Below are positions 47,327 through 57,015 of a DNA stretch of 64,000 nt, piece after piece. The position numbers were made by a program, and so were the translations under genes. Below the pieces are notes generated by a model. That model worked only from the letters and a program-made list of their open reading frames with translations, had not been told where the DNA came from and made no database searches. Source of the DNA: Candidatus Latescibacterota bacterium (GTDB taxonomy: Bacteria; Latescibacterota; UBA2968); contig OZ242010.1 of assembly GCA_965204745.1 (NCBI GenBank), positions 1,376,001-1,440,000 of the forward strand. The letters are read 5' to 3'. Within the stretch, counting starts at the first letter, position 1. The number at the start of each line of letters is the position of its first letter.

Positions 47327-49023
47327 ATGACAAAAAAACAAAAAAATCGGCGGACGAGGAACCGTCAGGGGCGTGCCAACACCGCCAAACCGCAGACCCC
47401 GGTGCAGGTAGCGGCGAGCGATCACCCTGTTAAGCGTTGGCTGAAGCGGTTGTTCCTGCCCGGGGATAATGCTGTTGAGAACGCGATCTTCCTCGCTCTG
47501 ATACTGGTCGGTGCCGCAGTTCGCCTGATTTTGCTCGGCGACATTCCCGCAGGGTTGAACCAAGACGAGGCCGCTCTGGGCTACGACGCCTGGGCCTTGT
47601 TGGAATACGGCATTGACCGGCACGGTTATCACAACCCGGTGCATTTTGTGTCTTGGGGAAGCGGGCAGAACGCCCTGTACGGCTATTTCTCGATGCCGTT
47701 CATCAAGGCGATGGGCTTGAACATCGTGTCCATCCGTCTCGCGCAGGCCCTGTTGGGCGTCGTCTCCTTGTTCGCAATGTACGCCATTGGTCGGCGTCTC
47801 GCAGATGGGCGATTCGCCCTGTTCGCCTTGTTTGTGTTGACCATCTCGCCGTGGCACGTCATGATGAGCCGATGGGGGTTGGAGTCCAACTTATTGCCGC
47901 CATTGTTGCTGTTCAGTTTCTCCTTTTTGCTTCGGGGATTGATCACCTCGCGCTACATCATCCCCGCGTTCTTCCTGCTGTCCCTTTCCCTGTACGCGTA
48001 TGGCACGGCTTACTTCTTTGTGCCGATCTTTACACTCGGGGTTCTCGTCTATGGGATGAAGCACCGCCAGATCGACGTCCGGCACTGGGGAGGCGGCTTG
48101 GTCGTGATGATCGTGACCGCGATTCCCATTGGCTTGTTCTTGGCGGTCAATTTGTTCGAATGGGAGGCCATAGAAACGCCGCTGTTCTCCATGCCGCGCT
48201 ACACTGGCGTGCCGAGGTATGCCACAACTGCCGCGTTCTTCAGTGCGGATTTTTTTTTCAAATTTGGCAGAACGGCCTGCACTTAGGGCCACTGATAGCG
48301 ACTGGACACGGCGAACCTATTTACAATGCCCTGCCCGAGTTCGGATATTTCTACCGCTGGGGCGGTTTTCTCGTCTCTGTGGTCGGCACGGGCTTTCTCG
48401 TGCGCGATGGCGTGCGGGGGCGCCGCCCCGAAAACCTGCTCGTGCTCCTGTGGCTGGTGGTCGCGCTTTTGACGTCAATAACGGTGAAGCCGAACATCAA
48501 TCGGATCAACGTCATATTCTTTCCGCTACTTCTGTGCACTGCGTACGGGCTGTACACCGCGCTTGGCGAGCAGTACAGGTCCATAGTGAAAATCGCGGGT
48601 GTCGTCGCGCTGGCGTATCTGATCTTTTCATTTGCGGCTTTCACCAAGACGTACTTCAGCGACTACCGCTGGCAACAAGTGCAATATTTCGCTCCTTCTT
48701 ATGGCGAGGCATTTGCACACATCGCACGCCATGCCAACGAGCGCGAAACCATCTATCTGACGGGCTACCAACTCCATACATTTGCGTTGTTCTACGCCCG
48801 CCCGGATCCCCGCGTGTATATGGAGACAGCGGATATTCCGAATCCAACAGCGGAATTTCAATACGTCAAATCCTTTGACCGATACGTATTCGGCATTGAC
48901 GCAGAGGCGCGGAAGAAGGGCAACGTATTCCTCATCGACAACCGGGAATTGCAATTTTTTTCCCCATCCGACTTCATCATCGTCAGGTTTCACCATTATA
49001 GCGCGGCGTACCGCCGTCGATAA
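47327..49023 (+). pseudogene. Glycosyltransferase paralogue C2, frameshifted at a T9 tract (48250-48258)
   Basis: N-half in ORF 47225..48286 and C-half in ORF 47653..49023, both colinear with C1; switch falls at GATTTTTTTTTCAA. Confidence 0.8.
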
Positions 49024-49129
49024 TACATGGACAGGCCCCTGTGCCTGTCCCTACGACTGATAGGGGAAACCACTGACCCTTGAGAAGGATAGCGCGGTTG
49101 CCTTCTCCCCTCTTGTATCTTGGAAGTAA

Positions 49130-49312
49130 GGGTTAATTAGGAGTTGCGCCCTCGTATCGAGATAAGCCATCTTGATGCCCGGCTCGGGGAAGGCCGGCCC
49201 CTCTTGAAGGCGATGACCTTGTAGGTAAGATAGGCCCCCCGACCGCCGGGTCTATGCCGAAGAGTATCTAAGCCCCTTGAGGCTGCATATACAAGACCGG
49301 TAGACTTGGCGT
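49130..49312 (+). ncRNA. Predicted bridge RNA of IS110 copy 3 (ends approximate)
   Basis: Target loop: LTG CCCCTCT 49198-49204, inner hairpin AAGG/CCTT, RTG AGGTAAG 49223-49229. Donor loop: LDG AGAGTATCT 49261-49269, inner hairpin AGCC/GGCT, RDG ATACAAG 49289-49295, closed by GCCGGGTCTA/TAGACTTGGC. Confidence 0.85.
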
Positions 49313-49380
49313 CAATGGTCGGGACGCGACCCCGAGCGCGCACCAGATCCCTTACAACCCCCTCATCACAGGAGGCCCCC

Positions 49381-50388
49381 ATGTCGAAATCTCACCCCGC
49401 TTTTGCCGGCATTGATGTCAGTGCCCGCACGTTGTCCGTTGCCCTGTCCAGACCCGGACAAGCTGTCATGCAAGCGACCTTTGCCAATGATCCCCAAGCG
49501 CATAAGCGGTTGCTGAAGTGGCTCACGAAGGGCGGGCACATGGTCTCTGTGTGCCTCGAAGCGACCGGGCTTTACAGTTTGGGGGTGGCCTTGGCCTTGC
49601 ATCGGCATCGCCACACAAAGGTCATGGTCGTCAATCCCAAAGCGATGAGCAAGTACGCCCAAGCCTGCATGCAACGGGCGAAGACGGATGCGAAGGATGC
49701 GTTGTTGATCCTCGACTATGCCGAGCGCATGCCTTTTGTGCCTTGGCAAGCGCCGAGCGAGCAACGGCTTCAACTGCAAGCCCTCACCAGACGCATTGAC
49801 CAACTCAAGCAGGAGATCATCCGCGAACAGAGCCGCAACCACGCGCAGAGCTACCACATCCGCAGCACACGTCTCATCGCACGCGATATTCAGGTGAATA
49901 TTCGACACTTCAAACGCCGGATTGCATACTTGGAAAGCCAAGCCCTCGATCTCGTTTTGCACGATGAGCCCCTCAAGCGTGCCTACCAACGCCTCTGCTC
50001 GACGCCTGGCATCGCGCAAACGAGTGCCTTGCGGCTCTTGGCCGAGTTGACCCTTTTGCCAGAGGAGATGCAACCGCCCCAGTGGGTCGCACATGCAGGC
50101 CTGGATCCCAAACCCAAACAATCCGGAACCGCCAATCCACAAAGACGCATCTCGAAAACCGGGAATAAGTACCTCCGCCATGCCCTCTATATGCCTGCCT
50201 GGGTGGCCATCAGACACGAAGGCCATGTCAAAGCCTTCTATGACCAACTCATCGCCCGCGGCAAGAAACCTTTGCAGGCTATCGTTGCGGTGATGCGAAA
50301 GTTGCTCCATTCGATCTGGGGCATGTTGCGCCATGACCAAGATTTTGAGGGCGAAAAATTCTATCGAATCACCCCGAAAACCCCTTGA
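49381..50388 (+). CDS. IS110 DEDD recombinase/transposase
   Basis: Translation identical to copies 1 and 2. Confidence 0.95.
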   Translation: MSKSHPAFAGIDVSARTLSVALSRPGQAVMQATFANDPQAHKRLLKWLTKGGHMVSVCLEATGLYSLGVALALHRHRHTKVMVVNPKAMSKYAQACMQRAKTDAKDALLILDYAERMPFVPWQAPSEQRLQLQALTRRIDQLKQEIIREQSRNHAQSYHIRSTRLIARDIQVNIRHFKRRIAYLESQALDLVLHDEPLKRAYQRLCSTPGIAQTSALRLLAELTLLPEEMQPPQWVAHAGLDPKPKQSGTANPQRRISKTGNKYLRHALYMPAWVAIRHEGHVKAFYDQLIARGKKPLQAIVAVMRKLLHSIWGMLRHDQDFEGEKFYRITPKTP

Positions 50389-50717
50389 CCTTTTAAGAGA
50401 GTATCTTGCCTCTCCCGTCTCCCCTCTCACCAAAGGGGGATTGGGCAGGGCGGACTGACCACTGACCCCTTGAGAAGGATAGCGCGGTTGCCTTCTCCTT
50501 CTTGTATCTTTGGGCGAGCACAGGGGCATCGCCCCTACACATATCGCTCACCTTTGAACTGGCTATCGCCTTTTGTGCCTTTGAACTGGCTGTCGCTCAG
50601 TTGTACCCCGCTCGTGCCTTTTGTGGCCTCCCCTCTTGCCTCTCCCGTCTCCCCTCTCACCAAAGGGGGATTGGGCGGGGCGGACTGACCACTGACCACT
50701 GACTACTGACTACTCCC

Positions 50718-53700
50718 ATGCGCTATATCCACACCATCTACATCGTCTTGATTCTCGCGACGTGCGTCTTCGCCCAAGCCTCTATCGTCACTATCGCAGG
50801 GGGTGGGTTGGAAGATGGCGACAATGTGCGGGCAACGGATGTGATGCTCAACCAGCCGCGGGGCATTGCCTTAGATGCGCGGGGCAACCTCTACATCGCG
50901 GATACGGACCACCATCGCATTCGGCGGGTCGATGCGGCGACGGGCATCATCACCACTGTCGCGGGCACGGGCGAACCCGGGTTCTCAGGCGATAGCGGGC
51001 CGGCAACACGCGCCATGCTCAACGCGCCGCAAGGCATTGCGGTTGACAGCGCGGGCAATATCTATCTCAGTAGCGGAGGCGCGAATGACGCGCAAAATCG
51101 CCGGGTTCGGCGCGTCGATCCCGCGGGCATTATCACCACTGTCGCGGGCACGGGCGAAGGGGGGTTCAACGATGGCGTGCCCGCCCTGGAAGCCACGTTC
51201 TACGACATTGTCGCGCTGGCGATGTTGGGCGACGCCGCGCTGTTGATTTCCGATGCCGGGGATCAAACCGGGCAAGGCAACAACCGAGTGCGACAACTCA
51301 ATTTGACGCGCAATACCGTCGGCACCGTGGCCGGCAATGGCAACGCCCGGGCGTCCAATATCCAAGATGGGGGGCTGGCGCACCGCGCGGGATTAACCCC
51401 TGGGCAACTCGCCATCGCGGACGATGGAGACCTGCTGATTGCAGACGTTGCCAATGGGCGCGTCCGCCGGGTCAGCCGGGCCATGCAAGACACGACCGTT
51501 GTCGTCGTCATCACCACCGTGGCCGGGCGAGAGGCGAGTCCTGAAGAAATGCTTTACAAGGGCGATGGGGGGGCCGCGACGAGTGCGTTGTTCTCCAACC
51601 CGTCGGGCGTTGCGATAGACCAGCGCGGCAATATTTATATCGCGGACACGGGCAACCACCGCATCCGCATCGTGGAAGCGGAAACCGGCGTCGTCTTGCC
51701 CCTGGCGGGCACCGGCACCGAGGGCGTGGGGGCCGAAGGCGCGTTGGGCCTGTTGTCCGATTTGCAAGGCCCCGCGCACATGATGATCGACGGCGATGGC
51801 GATCTCCTCTTTATCGACAACGACCGCATCCGAAAATTGCGCGACCCAGGGTTTCGCATGCCCCTCTTCAACGCGCCTGCCGAGGACATCGACTTTGGCA
51901 CGGTCAGCATCGGAGATCCCGCCGTGCGCGGCCTGGCCGTTGAAAACCGCGGCAACCTGCCCGTCCGCATCGACACCGTCGTTTCCGACAATGCTGGGTT
52001 CCGCATCTTATCCGCCTTGCCCTTTGATTTGGGCGTGGCGCAACTGGCAGAGATCGAACTGGCGTTTGACCCCATCCGCGAAGGGCGAGCGCAGGGGATC
52101 GTCACCCTGACCACAGACGACCCGCGCACGCCTTCTGCCACAGTCCGCGTCCAAGGCACAGCAGAATCCGCAGCTATCGGCTTGTTCCCGCCGGACGTCT
52201 TGGTTTTTGACCCCACGGCTATCGGGCAAGCGCAATCCTCGTCCGTCCGCATTTCCAACTTGGGCGCGGGCGTGCTGGTCGTTTCCCATGCCGCGACGAC
52301 CGACTCGCAATTCGTCGTGGCACAAACCGACACCTTGCGAATCGCCTCTGGGCAAAGCCAATCCCTCCGAATCGCATTTCACCCGACGGCCGAAAACGCG
52401 CAACGCGCAACGCTCACCATTTTTAGCAACGCGCCCGCAACCCCGGCGGCCACGCTCCGGTTGCAGGGCTTGGGACAACGCGCCCGGGCAGATGGATTCG
52501 TCGATGAGGCGGCCAACGCGGGCCTAGGCGACCTCGGCGCGGGATTTGGCGCGGCCTGGGCGGATTACGACCGCGACGGGGATCTCGACCTGTCCGTCGT
52601 CCGCAGCAACGAACCCAACCGCTTGTACCGCAACGATGGCGACCGGTTTACCGACGTCGCCCCAACACTGGGCATCGCCGATCCCGGCGACGGCAGCGCG
52701 GGAATCTGGGGCGATGTGGACCGCGACGGGGACTTGGATCTCTACGTCACCAATTTCGGCGAACCCAACCGCTTGTTTCGCAATGATGGCGACCGGTTTA
52801 CCGACGTCGCCCCGGCCCTGGGCATCGCCGATCCCGGCGACGGATACGGCGCGGCTTGGGCGGATTACGACCGCGACGGGGATTTGGATCTCTACGTCGC
52901 GAATTTTGGCGCGAACCGGTTTTACCAAAACGATGGCGACGGCTTTGTCGAGCGTGCCGATTCTTTGGGCCTCGCGGACGCGGAAAGCGGGATTCAGCCG
53001 GCTTGGGGCGATTTTGACAACGATGGGGATCCGGATCTCTTTTTGGCAAACAGCGGCCCCAACCGCTTGTTTCGCAATGACGGCGACCGGTTCACAGCGA
53101 TTGAAAACAGCTTCAGCCCGACCGATGCCGGGCCGAGTTTTGGCGCGGCTTGGGGCGATTTTGACAATGATGGGGATCTCGATTTGTTCATCCCCTACTT
53201 TGGCGCGCCCAACCGATTGTACGTCAATGACGGCGGCAGGTTCACGGATCGCGCGCCGGCCCTTGGCCTCGACCACGATGGGCGCGGCAGAGGCGCGGCT
53301 TGGGGCGATTTTGACAACGATGGATTTCTCGATCTCTACGTCACCAACAGGGAGCAGCCGAATTTGTATTACAAAAATCGAGATGGGCAGGAGTTCATCG
53401 AATTGGCCGATACCTTGGGCCTCGCGCTCGATGCGAACAGCAGGGGCCTCGCGCTCGCGGATTACGACTCGGATGGCAAGTTGGATCTGTACGTCGCGGT
53501 GCAAAATGGGGCCGATGCCCTGTATCGCAACCGCGAAGCCGCTGGCAACTGGCTCGGCATTCGCCTGCGCGGCACGCAAAGTAGCGCGGACGCGATAGGC
53601 ACGCGCGTTGAAATTGTCTATGGCGACGACCGCCGCGCCATCCGCGAGATTTCCGGGGGGGCGTCCTTCTTATCTCAAGACGCGCCCATCGCTCGGTTCG

Positions 53701-55358
53701 GCATAGGCGACGCCGAGCGCGTCTCGGTGCTTTCCCTGCGCTGGCCGAGTGGCATCGTGCAGCAAAGGGATACGGATGAGTTATCGGTCAATCGCATCAT
53801 CGCCATCACCGAGCAGGCGCCGCGCCCGGCAGCGCGGGTGCGCTTAACCGCAGACGCGACCCACTTATTGAGCAATGGGGTCTCGGAAGCCGAACTCACG
53901 GCGCGAATCGTCACCCGCGAGAACACGCCCGTCGTCGCCAGCGGGCGCGCCGTGCGATTCCTCATTGAAACCGGGAGCGGCCTGATCATCCCGTCGCGGA
54001 CCTCAGAGCAAGTGGGCGAAGATGAGATAGCGGTGAGCGATGGGGTCGCGACCTCGCGTTATCGCGCAGGCCAAGACCCGGGCCGCGTGGTCATCATCGC
54101 GGAAAGCCAAGGGCTCGCGCCCGGCCGCGTCGAAATCGAACTCGTCCAACCCTTCGCAGAAGACGCCCTGACCATCCGCACTATCGCGGGTTCGGGGGAT
54201 GAGACCGGCGGATTTGCCGGCGATAGCAGCGCGGCAACAGACGCGCTCCTCCAAAATCCGCAGGGCATCACAACGGATTCCCGCGGCAATATTTACATCG
54301 CGGACGCGGGCAACAATCGCGTTCGCCAAGTCGAAACGGGCATCATCCAAACCCTCGCGGCAACCGCAGAGGGGGAACTCGCCACGCCGTCCGCCTTGGT
54401 CTTCAAGGGCAACGCGCTGATCATCAGCGAACCCCAAGCCCATGTGGTGCGGCAGGTACGCAATGGCGCGCTGGCCTCGTTTGCAGGCACGGGCATCGGG
54501 CAATTTGGCGGGGACGGGGGCCGCGCATCCAACGCCAACCTCAGACGCCCCACCGGTCTCGCTATCGATCAAACTGGCAATGTGTATATCGCGGATACGG
54601 ACAACCACCGCGTTCGCAAAGTCGATCCCACGGGCATCATCACCACCTTTGCCGGCAGTGGCAATCCAGATGAGGGGGCTTATGCCGGCGACAACGGCGC
54701 AGCCACACGCGCCCGCCTCAACCGGCCCCATGCCCTTGCCATTGACGCACAGAACAATGTGTATATCGCGGATACGGACAACCACCGCGTTCGCAAGGTC
54801 GATCCCACGGGCATCATCACCACCCTTGCGGGAACCAGCACCCCCGGATTTTCCGGAGATGGGAACCTGGGCACGCGCGCCCAACTCAACCGGCCACAGG
54901 GCATTGCCGTCGATGATCGCGGGCATCTTTTCATCGCGGATACGGACAACCACCGCATTCGCCTGCTCGACCTGACCACCGGCCTGATCCAAAGCATCGG
55001 CGGCACCGGTTCCGGACGCCTCGATCTCGAAACCGGCGGCGGCCTCGCGGTGAGCCTCAACACCCCTCGCGGCTTGGGGATCAGCCCCACAGGCACCCTG
55101 CTCATCGCAGACGCGGGCAATCACCGCATCCGCGAACTCTCCATTGCATTCCCCTCGGCGATCACAATGCCCACGAGCAATAAAAAGCCCCTCGACTTCA
55201 ACGCCGATGGCCGCGTAGATCTCCGCGACTTCCGCCTGTTCACCGCTGCCTTCGCCACCACCGACCCACACTTCGACCTCACCGCCGACGGCCACGTAGC
55301 CTTCGCCGACTTCCTGCGCTTTGCCAAAATTTACGAGGAAGTAGTCAGTAGTCAGTAG
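50718..55358 (+). CDS. Large secreted repeat protein: NHL propeller, two Ig-like domains, FG-GAP/VCBS repeats plus ASPIC/UnbV, invasin-like Ig, second NHL propeller, dockerin/EF-hand-like tail
   Basis: Signal peptide; GNLYIADT.NHRIR repeats; AWGDFDNDGDLDL repeats; GASFLSQD...LRWPSG; DFNADGRVDLRDF...DLTADGHVAFADF. Confidence 0.85.
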   Translation: MRYIHTIYIVLILATCVFAQASIVTIAGGGLEDGDNVRATDVMLNQPRGIALDARGNLYIADTDHHRIRRVDAATGIITTVAGTGEPGFSGDSGPATRAMLNAPQGIAVDSAGNIYLSSGGANDAQNRRVRRVDPAGIITTVAGTGEGGFNDGVPALEATFYDIVALAMLGDAALLISDAGDQTGQGNNRVRQLNLTRNTVGTVAGNGNARASNIQDGGLAHRAGLTPGQLAIADDGDLLIADVANGRVRRVSRAMQDTTVVVVITTVAGREASPEEMLYKGDGGAATSALFSNPSGVAIDQRGNIYIADTGNHRIRIVEAETGVVLPLAGTGTEGVGAEGALGLLSDLQGPAHMMIDGDGDLLFIDNDRIRKLRDPGFRMPLFNAPAEDIDFGTVSIGDPAVRGLAVENRGNLPVRIDTVVSDNAGFRILSALPFDLGVAQLAEIELAFDPIREGRAQGIVTLTTDDPRTPSATVRVQGTAESAAIGLFPPDVLVFDPTAIGQAQSSSVRISNLGAGVLVVSHAATTDSQFVVAQTDTLRIASGQSQSLRIAFHPTAENAQRATLTIFSNAPATPAATLRLQGLGQRARADGFVDEAANAGLGDLGAGFGAAWADYDRDGDLDLSVVRSNEPNRLYRNDGDRFTDVAPTLGIADPGDGSAGIWGDVDRDGDLDLYVTNFGEPNRLFRNDGDRFTDVAPALGIADPGDGYGAAWADYDRDGDLDLYVANFGANRFYQNDGDGFVERADSLGLADAESGIQPAWGDFDNDGDPDLFLANSGPNRLFRNDGDRFTAIENSFSPTDAGPSFGAAWGDFDNDGDLDLFIPYFGAPNRLYVNDGGRFTDRAPALGLDHDGRGRGAAWGDFDNDGFLDLYVTNREQPNLYYKNRDGQEFIELADTLGLALDANSRGLALADYDSDGKLDLYVAVQNGADALYRNREAAGNWLGIRLRGTQSSADAIGTRVEIVYGDDRRAIREISGGASFLSQDAPIARFGIGDAERVSVLSLRWPSGIVQQRDTDELSVNRIIAITEQAPRPAARVRLTADATHLLSNGVSEAELTARIVTRENTPVVASGRAVRFLIETGSGLIIPSRTSEQVGEDEIAVSDGVATSRYRAGQDPGRVVIIAESQGLAPGRVEIELVQPFAEDALTIRTIAGSGDETGGFAGDSSAATDALLQNPQGITTDSRGNIYIADAGNNRVRQVETGIIQTLAATAEGELATPSALVFKGNALIISEPQAHVVRQVRNGALASFAGTGIGQFGGDGGRASNANLRRPTGLAIDQTGNVYIADTDNHRVRKVDPTGIITTFAGSGNPDEGAYAGDNGAATRARLNRPHALAIDAQNNVYIADTDNHRVRKVDPTGIITTLAGTSTPGFSGDGNLGTRAQLNRPQGIAVDDRGHLFIADTDNHRIRLLDLTTGLIQSIGGTGSGRLDLETGGGLAVSLNTPRGLGISPTGTLLIADAGNHRIRELSIAFPSAITMPTSNKKPLDFNADGRVDLRDFRLFTAAFATTDPHFDLTADGHVAFADFLRFAKIYEEVVSSQ

Positions 55359-55483
55359 TCAGTAGTCAGTAGTCAGTAGTCAGTAGTCAGTAGTCAGTAG
55401 TCAGTAGTCAGTAGTCAGTAGTCAGTAGTCAGTAGTCAGTAGTCAGTAGTCAGTAGTCAGTAGTCAGTAGTCAGTAGTCAGTA
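55341..55483. repeat. (GTAGTCA)n VNTR, about 20 units, interrupted by IS982
   Basis: Seen directly; resumes as cagtagtcagt at 56468. Confidence 0.95.
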
Positions 55484-56467
55484 ATGCGAATTAAGAGTTG
55501 AATCCATCGCGTACTTGTCTTTTCTTGAGGGCTCAGTCATTTCACCCTTAAAGGAAGGAGCACGCGATGGATTGGCAAGATAAACTCATTCACTTGTATG
55601 TCTATATTTGTCAGCAGTATGACCAAAAGCATCTGTGGTTTTATACACAACGCATGAGCAATAACGATACGCCGACCTTCACAGATGAAGAAGTGCTGAC
55701 GATCTATTTGTTTGGGATCATGCAACAGCACACGCAGATCAAGGCGATTTATACCTATACCAAGGATCATCTTTCCGACTGGTTTCCCCATCTGCCCACT
55801 TATGCAGGCTATATCCAGCGGTTGAACCGCTTGTGTGTGGTCTTCGCGCCATTGATTGAACAAATCCAAAAGGACAGTCCCGCAACCGATCTCTCTGAAC
55901 ACACCTACTTGGTGGATTCCATGCCGATTGTCATGGCACAATCGGCACGCAGCGGTCAGGCGTGTGTGGCCGAAGAACAACTGGCCAACAAAGGCCGCTG
56001 CGCTTCCAAAAAGATGTGGTATTACGGCACCAAACTGCACATTGTCGCACAAGACCGTGAGAACGGCCTCCCGAAAGCAGAGTACATCGGCTTGACAGGT
56101 GCAGCAGAGCATGACCTGACCGCTTTGCGACAAGTCTTACCCGTTTTGCGTGATGGACACCTCTACGGCGATAAAATCTACGCCGATCAGCCCTTAAAAG
56201 ACACGCTTAGCAAACAGCAGAACCTGATCTTCGAGACGCCGGTGAAGCGCAAGAAGGGACAAGAAAGCCTGACCGAAGCCGAAAAAGACTATTCTCGGGC
56301 GGTTTCGAGCATACGACAGCCGATTGAGGCCTTGTTCAGTTGGATTGAACGAAAGACGAACATCTCGATGGCGTCTCGGGTACGATCCTATGAGGGCTTA
56401 CTCGTTCATGTCTTTGGGCGATTGACCGCGGCTTGCTTCTTACTCGCTTTCTACTCTTAATTCGCAT
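55484..56467 (+). mobile_element. IS982-family insertion sequence (984 bp)
   Basis: 15-bp TIR ATGCGAATTAAGAGT / ACTCTTAATTCGCAT; CAGTA on both sides (TSD length ambiguous inside the VNTR). Confidence 0.9.
55567..56460 (+). CDS. IS982 DDE transposase
   Basis: FTDEEVLTIYLFG, LVDSMP, YYGTKLH, LYGDKIY, IRQPIEALFSW. Confidence 0.92.
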   Translation: MDWQDKLIHLYVYICQQYDQKHLWFYTQRMSNNDTPTFTDEEVLTIYLFGIMQQHTQIKAIYTYTKDHLSDWFPHLPTYAGYIQRLNRLCVVFAPLIEQIQKDSPATDLSEHTYLVDSMPIVMAQSARSGQACVAEEQLANKGRCASKKMWYYGTKLHIVAQDRENGLPKAEYIGLTGAAEHDLTALRQVLPVLRDGHLYGDKIYADQPLKDTLSKQQNLIFETPVKRKKGQESLTEAEKDYSRAVSSIRQPIEALFSWIERKTNISMASRVRSYEGLLVHVFGRLTAACFLLAFYS

Positions 56468-56558
56468 CAGTAGTCAGTCCCCGCTCCGCCCTACCGCCAC
56501 TCGTCCATTCCAGCGCACGCGCAACGTCAGTAATCCAGTAACTTTCCGGCGGCGGGGC

Positions 56559-57006
56559 GAGGGGACCTATCCCCCGGCCCCGTTATTCGCTTCGCTCATT
56601 GTAGGCTACGCCTGTGCCTACGAGGAAAGGGGAGTAAAGTTCCTTGATGGCTTCTAAGCTCTGGTTGCTCTGATGGCGTTTTGCGAGGGGACCTATCCCC
56701 CGGCCCCGTTATTCGCTTCGCTCATTGTAGGCTACGCCTGTGCCTACGAGGAAAGGGGAGTAAAGCACCTTTGATGGCTTCTCGCTCTGGTTTCTCTGAT
56801 GGCGTTGCGCGAGGGGACCTATCCCCCGGCCCCTTTCCTACAAGGAAAGGGGAGTAAAGTGCCTTTGATGGCTTATATCTCTAGTTGCTCTGATGGCGTT
56901 GCGCGAGGGCATAAAGCGATTAAATATCCCTCACACCATCCCCCCGCAAAACCCATCCGCGTTCCCCCCTTCCTTGCAGGAAGGGGGGTTAGGGGGGTAG
57001 GTCCCG
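56559..57006. repeat. Cluster of MITE hairpin modules, about 126-bp tandem units
   Basis: gaggggacctatcccccggcccc at about 56559, 56685, 56811; same modules as 8441-8902; fragment also at about 34936-34998. Confidence 0.8.
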
Positions 57007-57015
57007 CCATTCCCC

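Larger units (their letters stand above)
49112..50406 (+). mobile_element. IS110-family element, copy 3
   Basis: Same as copies 1 and 2; target CTCCCCT-CT-TGCCT; paralogous empty site at about 45753-45766. Confidence 0.95.

Noticed and set aside
49306-49380. Longer IS110 transposase start (MASMVG...)
   Set aside because: Overlaps the bridge-RNA 3' stem; GGAGG precedes ATG 49381 and the divergent copy starts at the equivalent ATG
49115-50407. Apparent 7-bp target-site duplication GTATCTT at both IS110 ends
   Set aside because: The empty paralogous site (45753-45766) lacks GTATCTT; the match comes from the element's own ends, and only the CT core is shared
55341-57006. CRISPR array (heptamer run and ~126-bp periodic units)
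   Set aside because: No unique spacers between constant 23-47 bp repeats and no cas genes in the window
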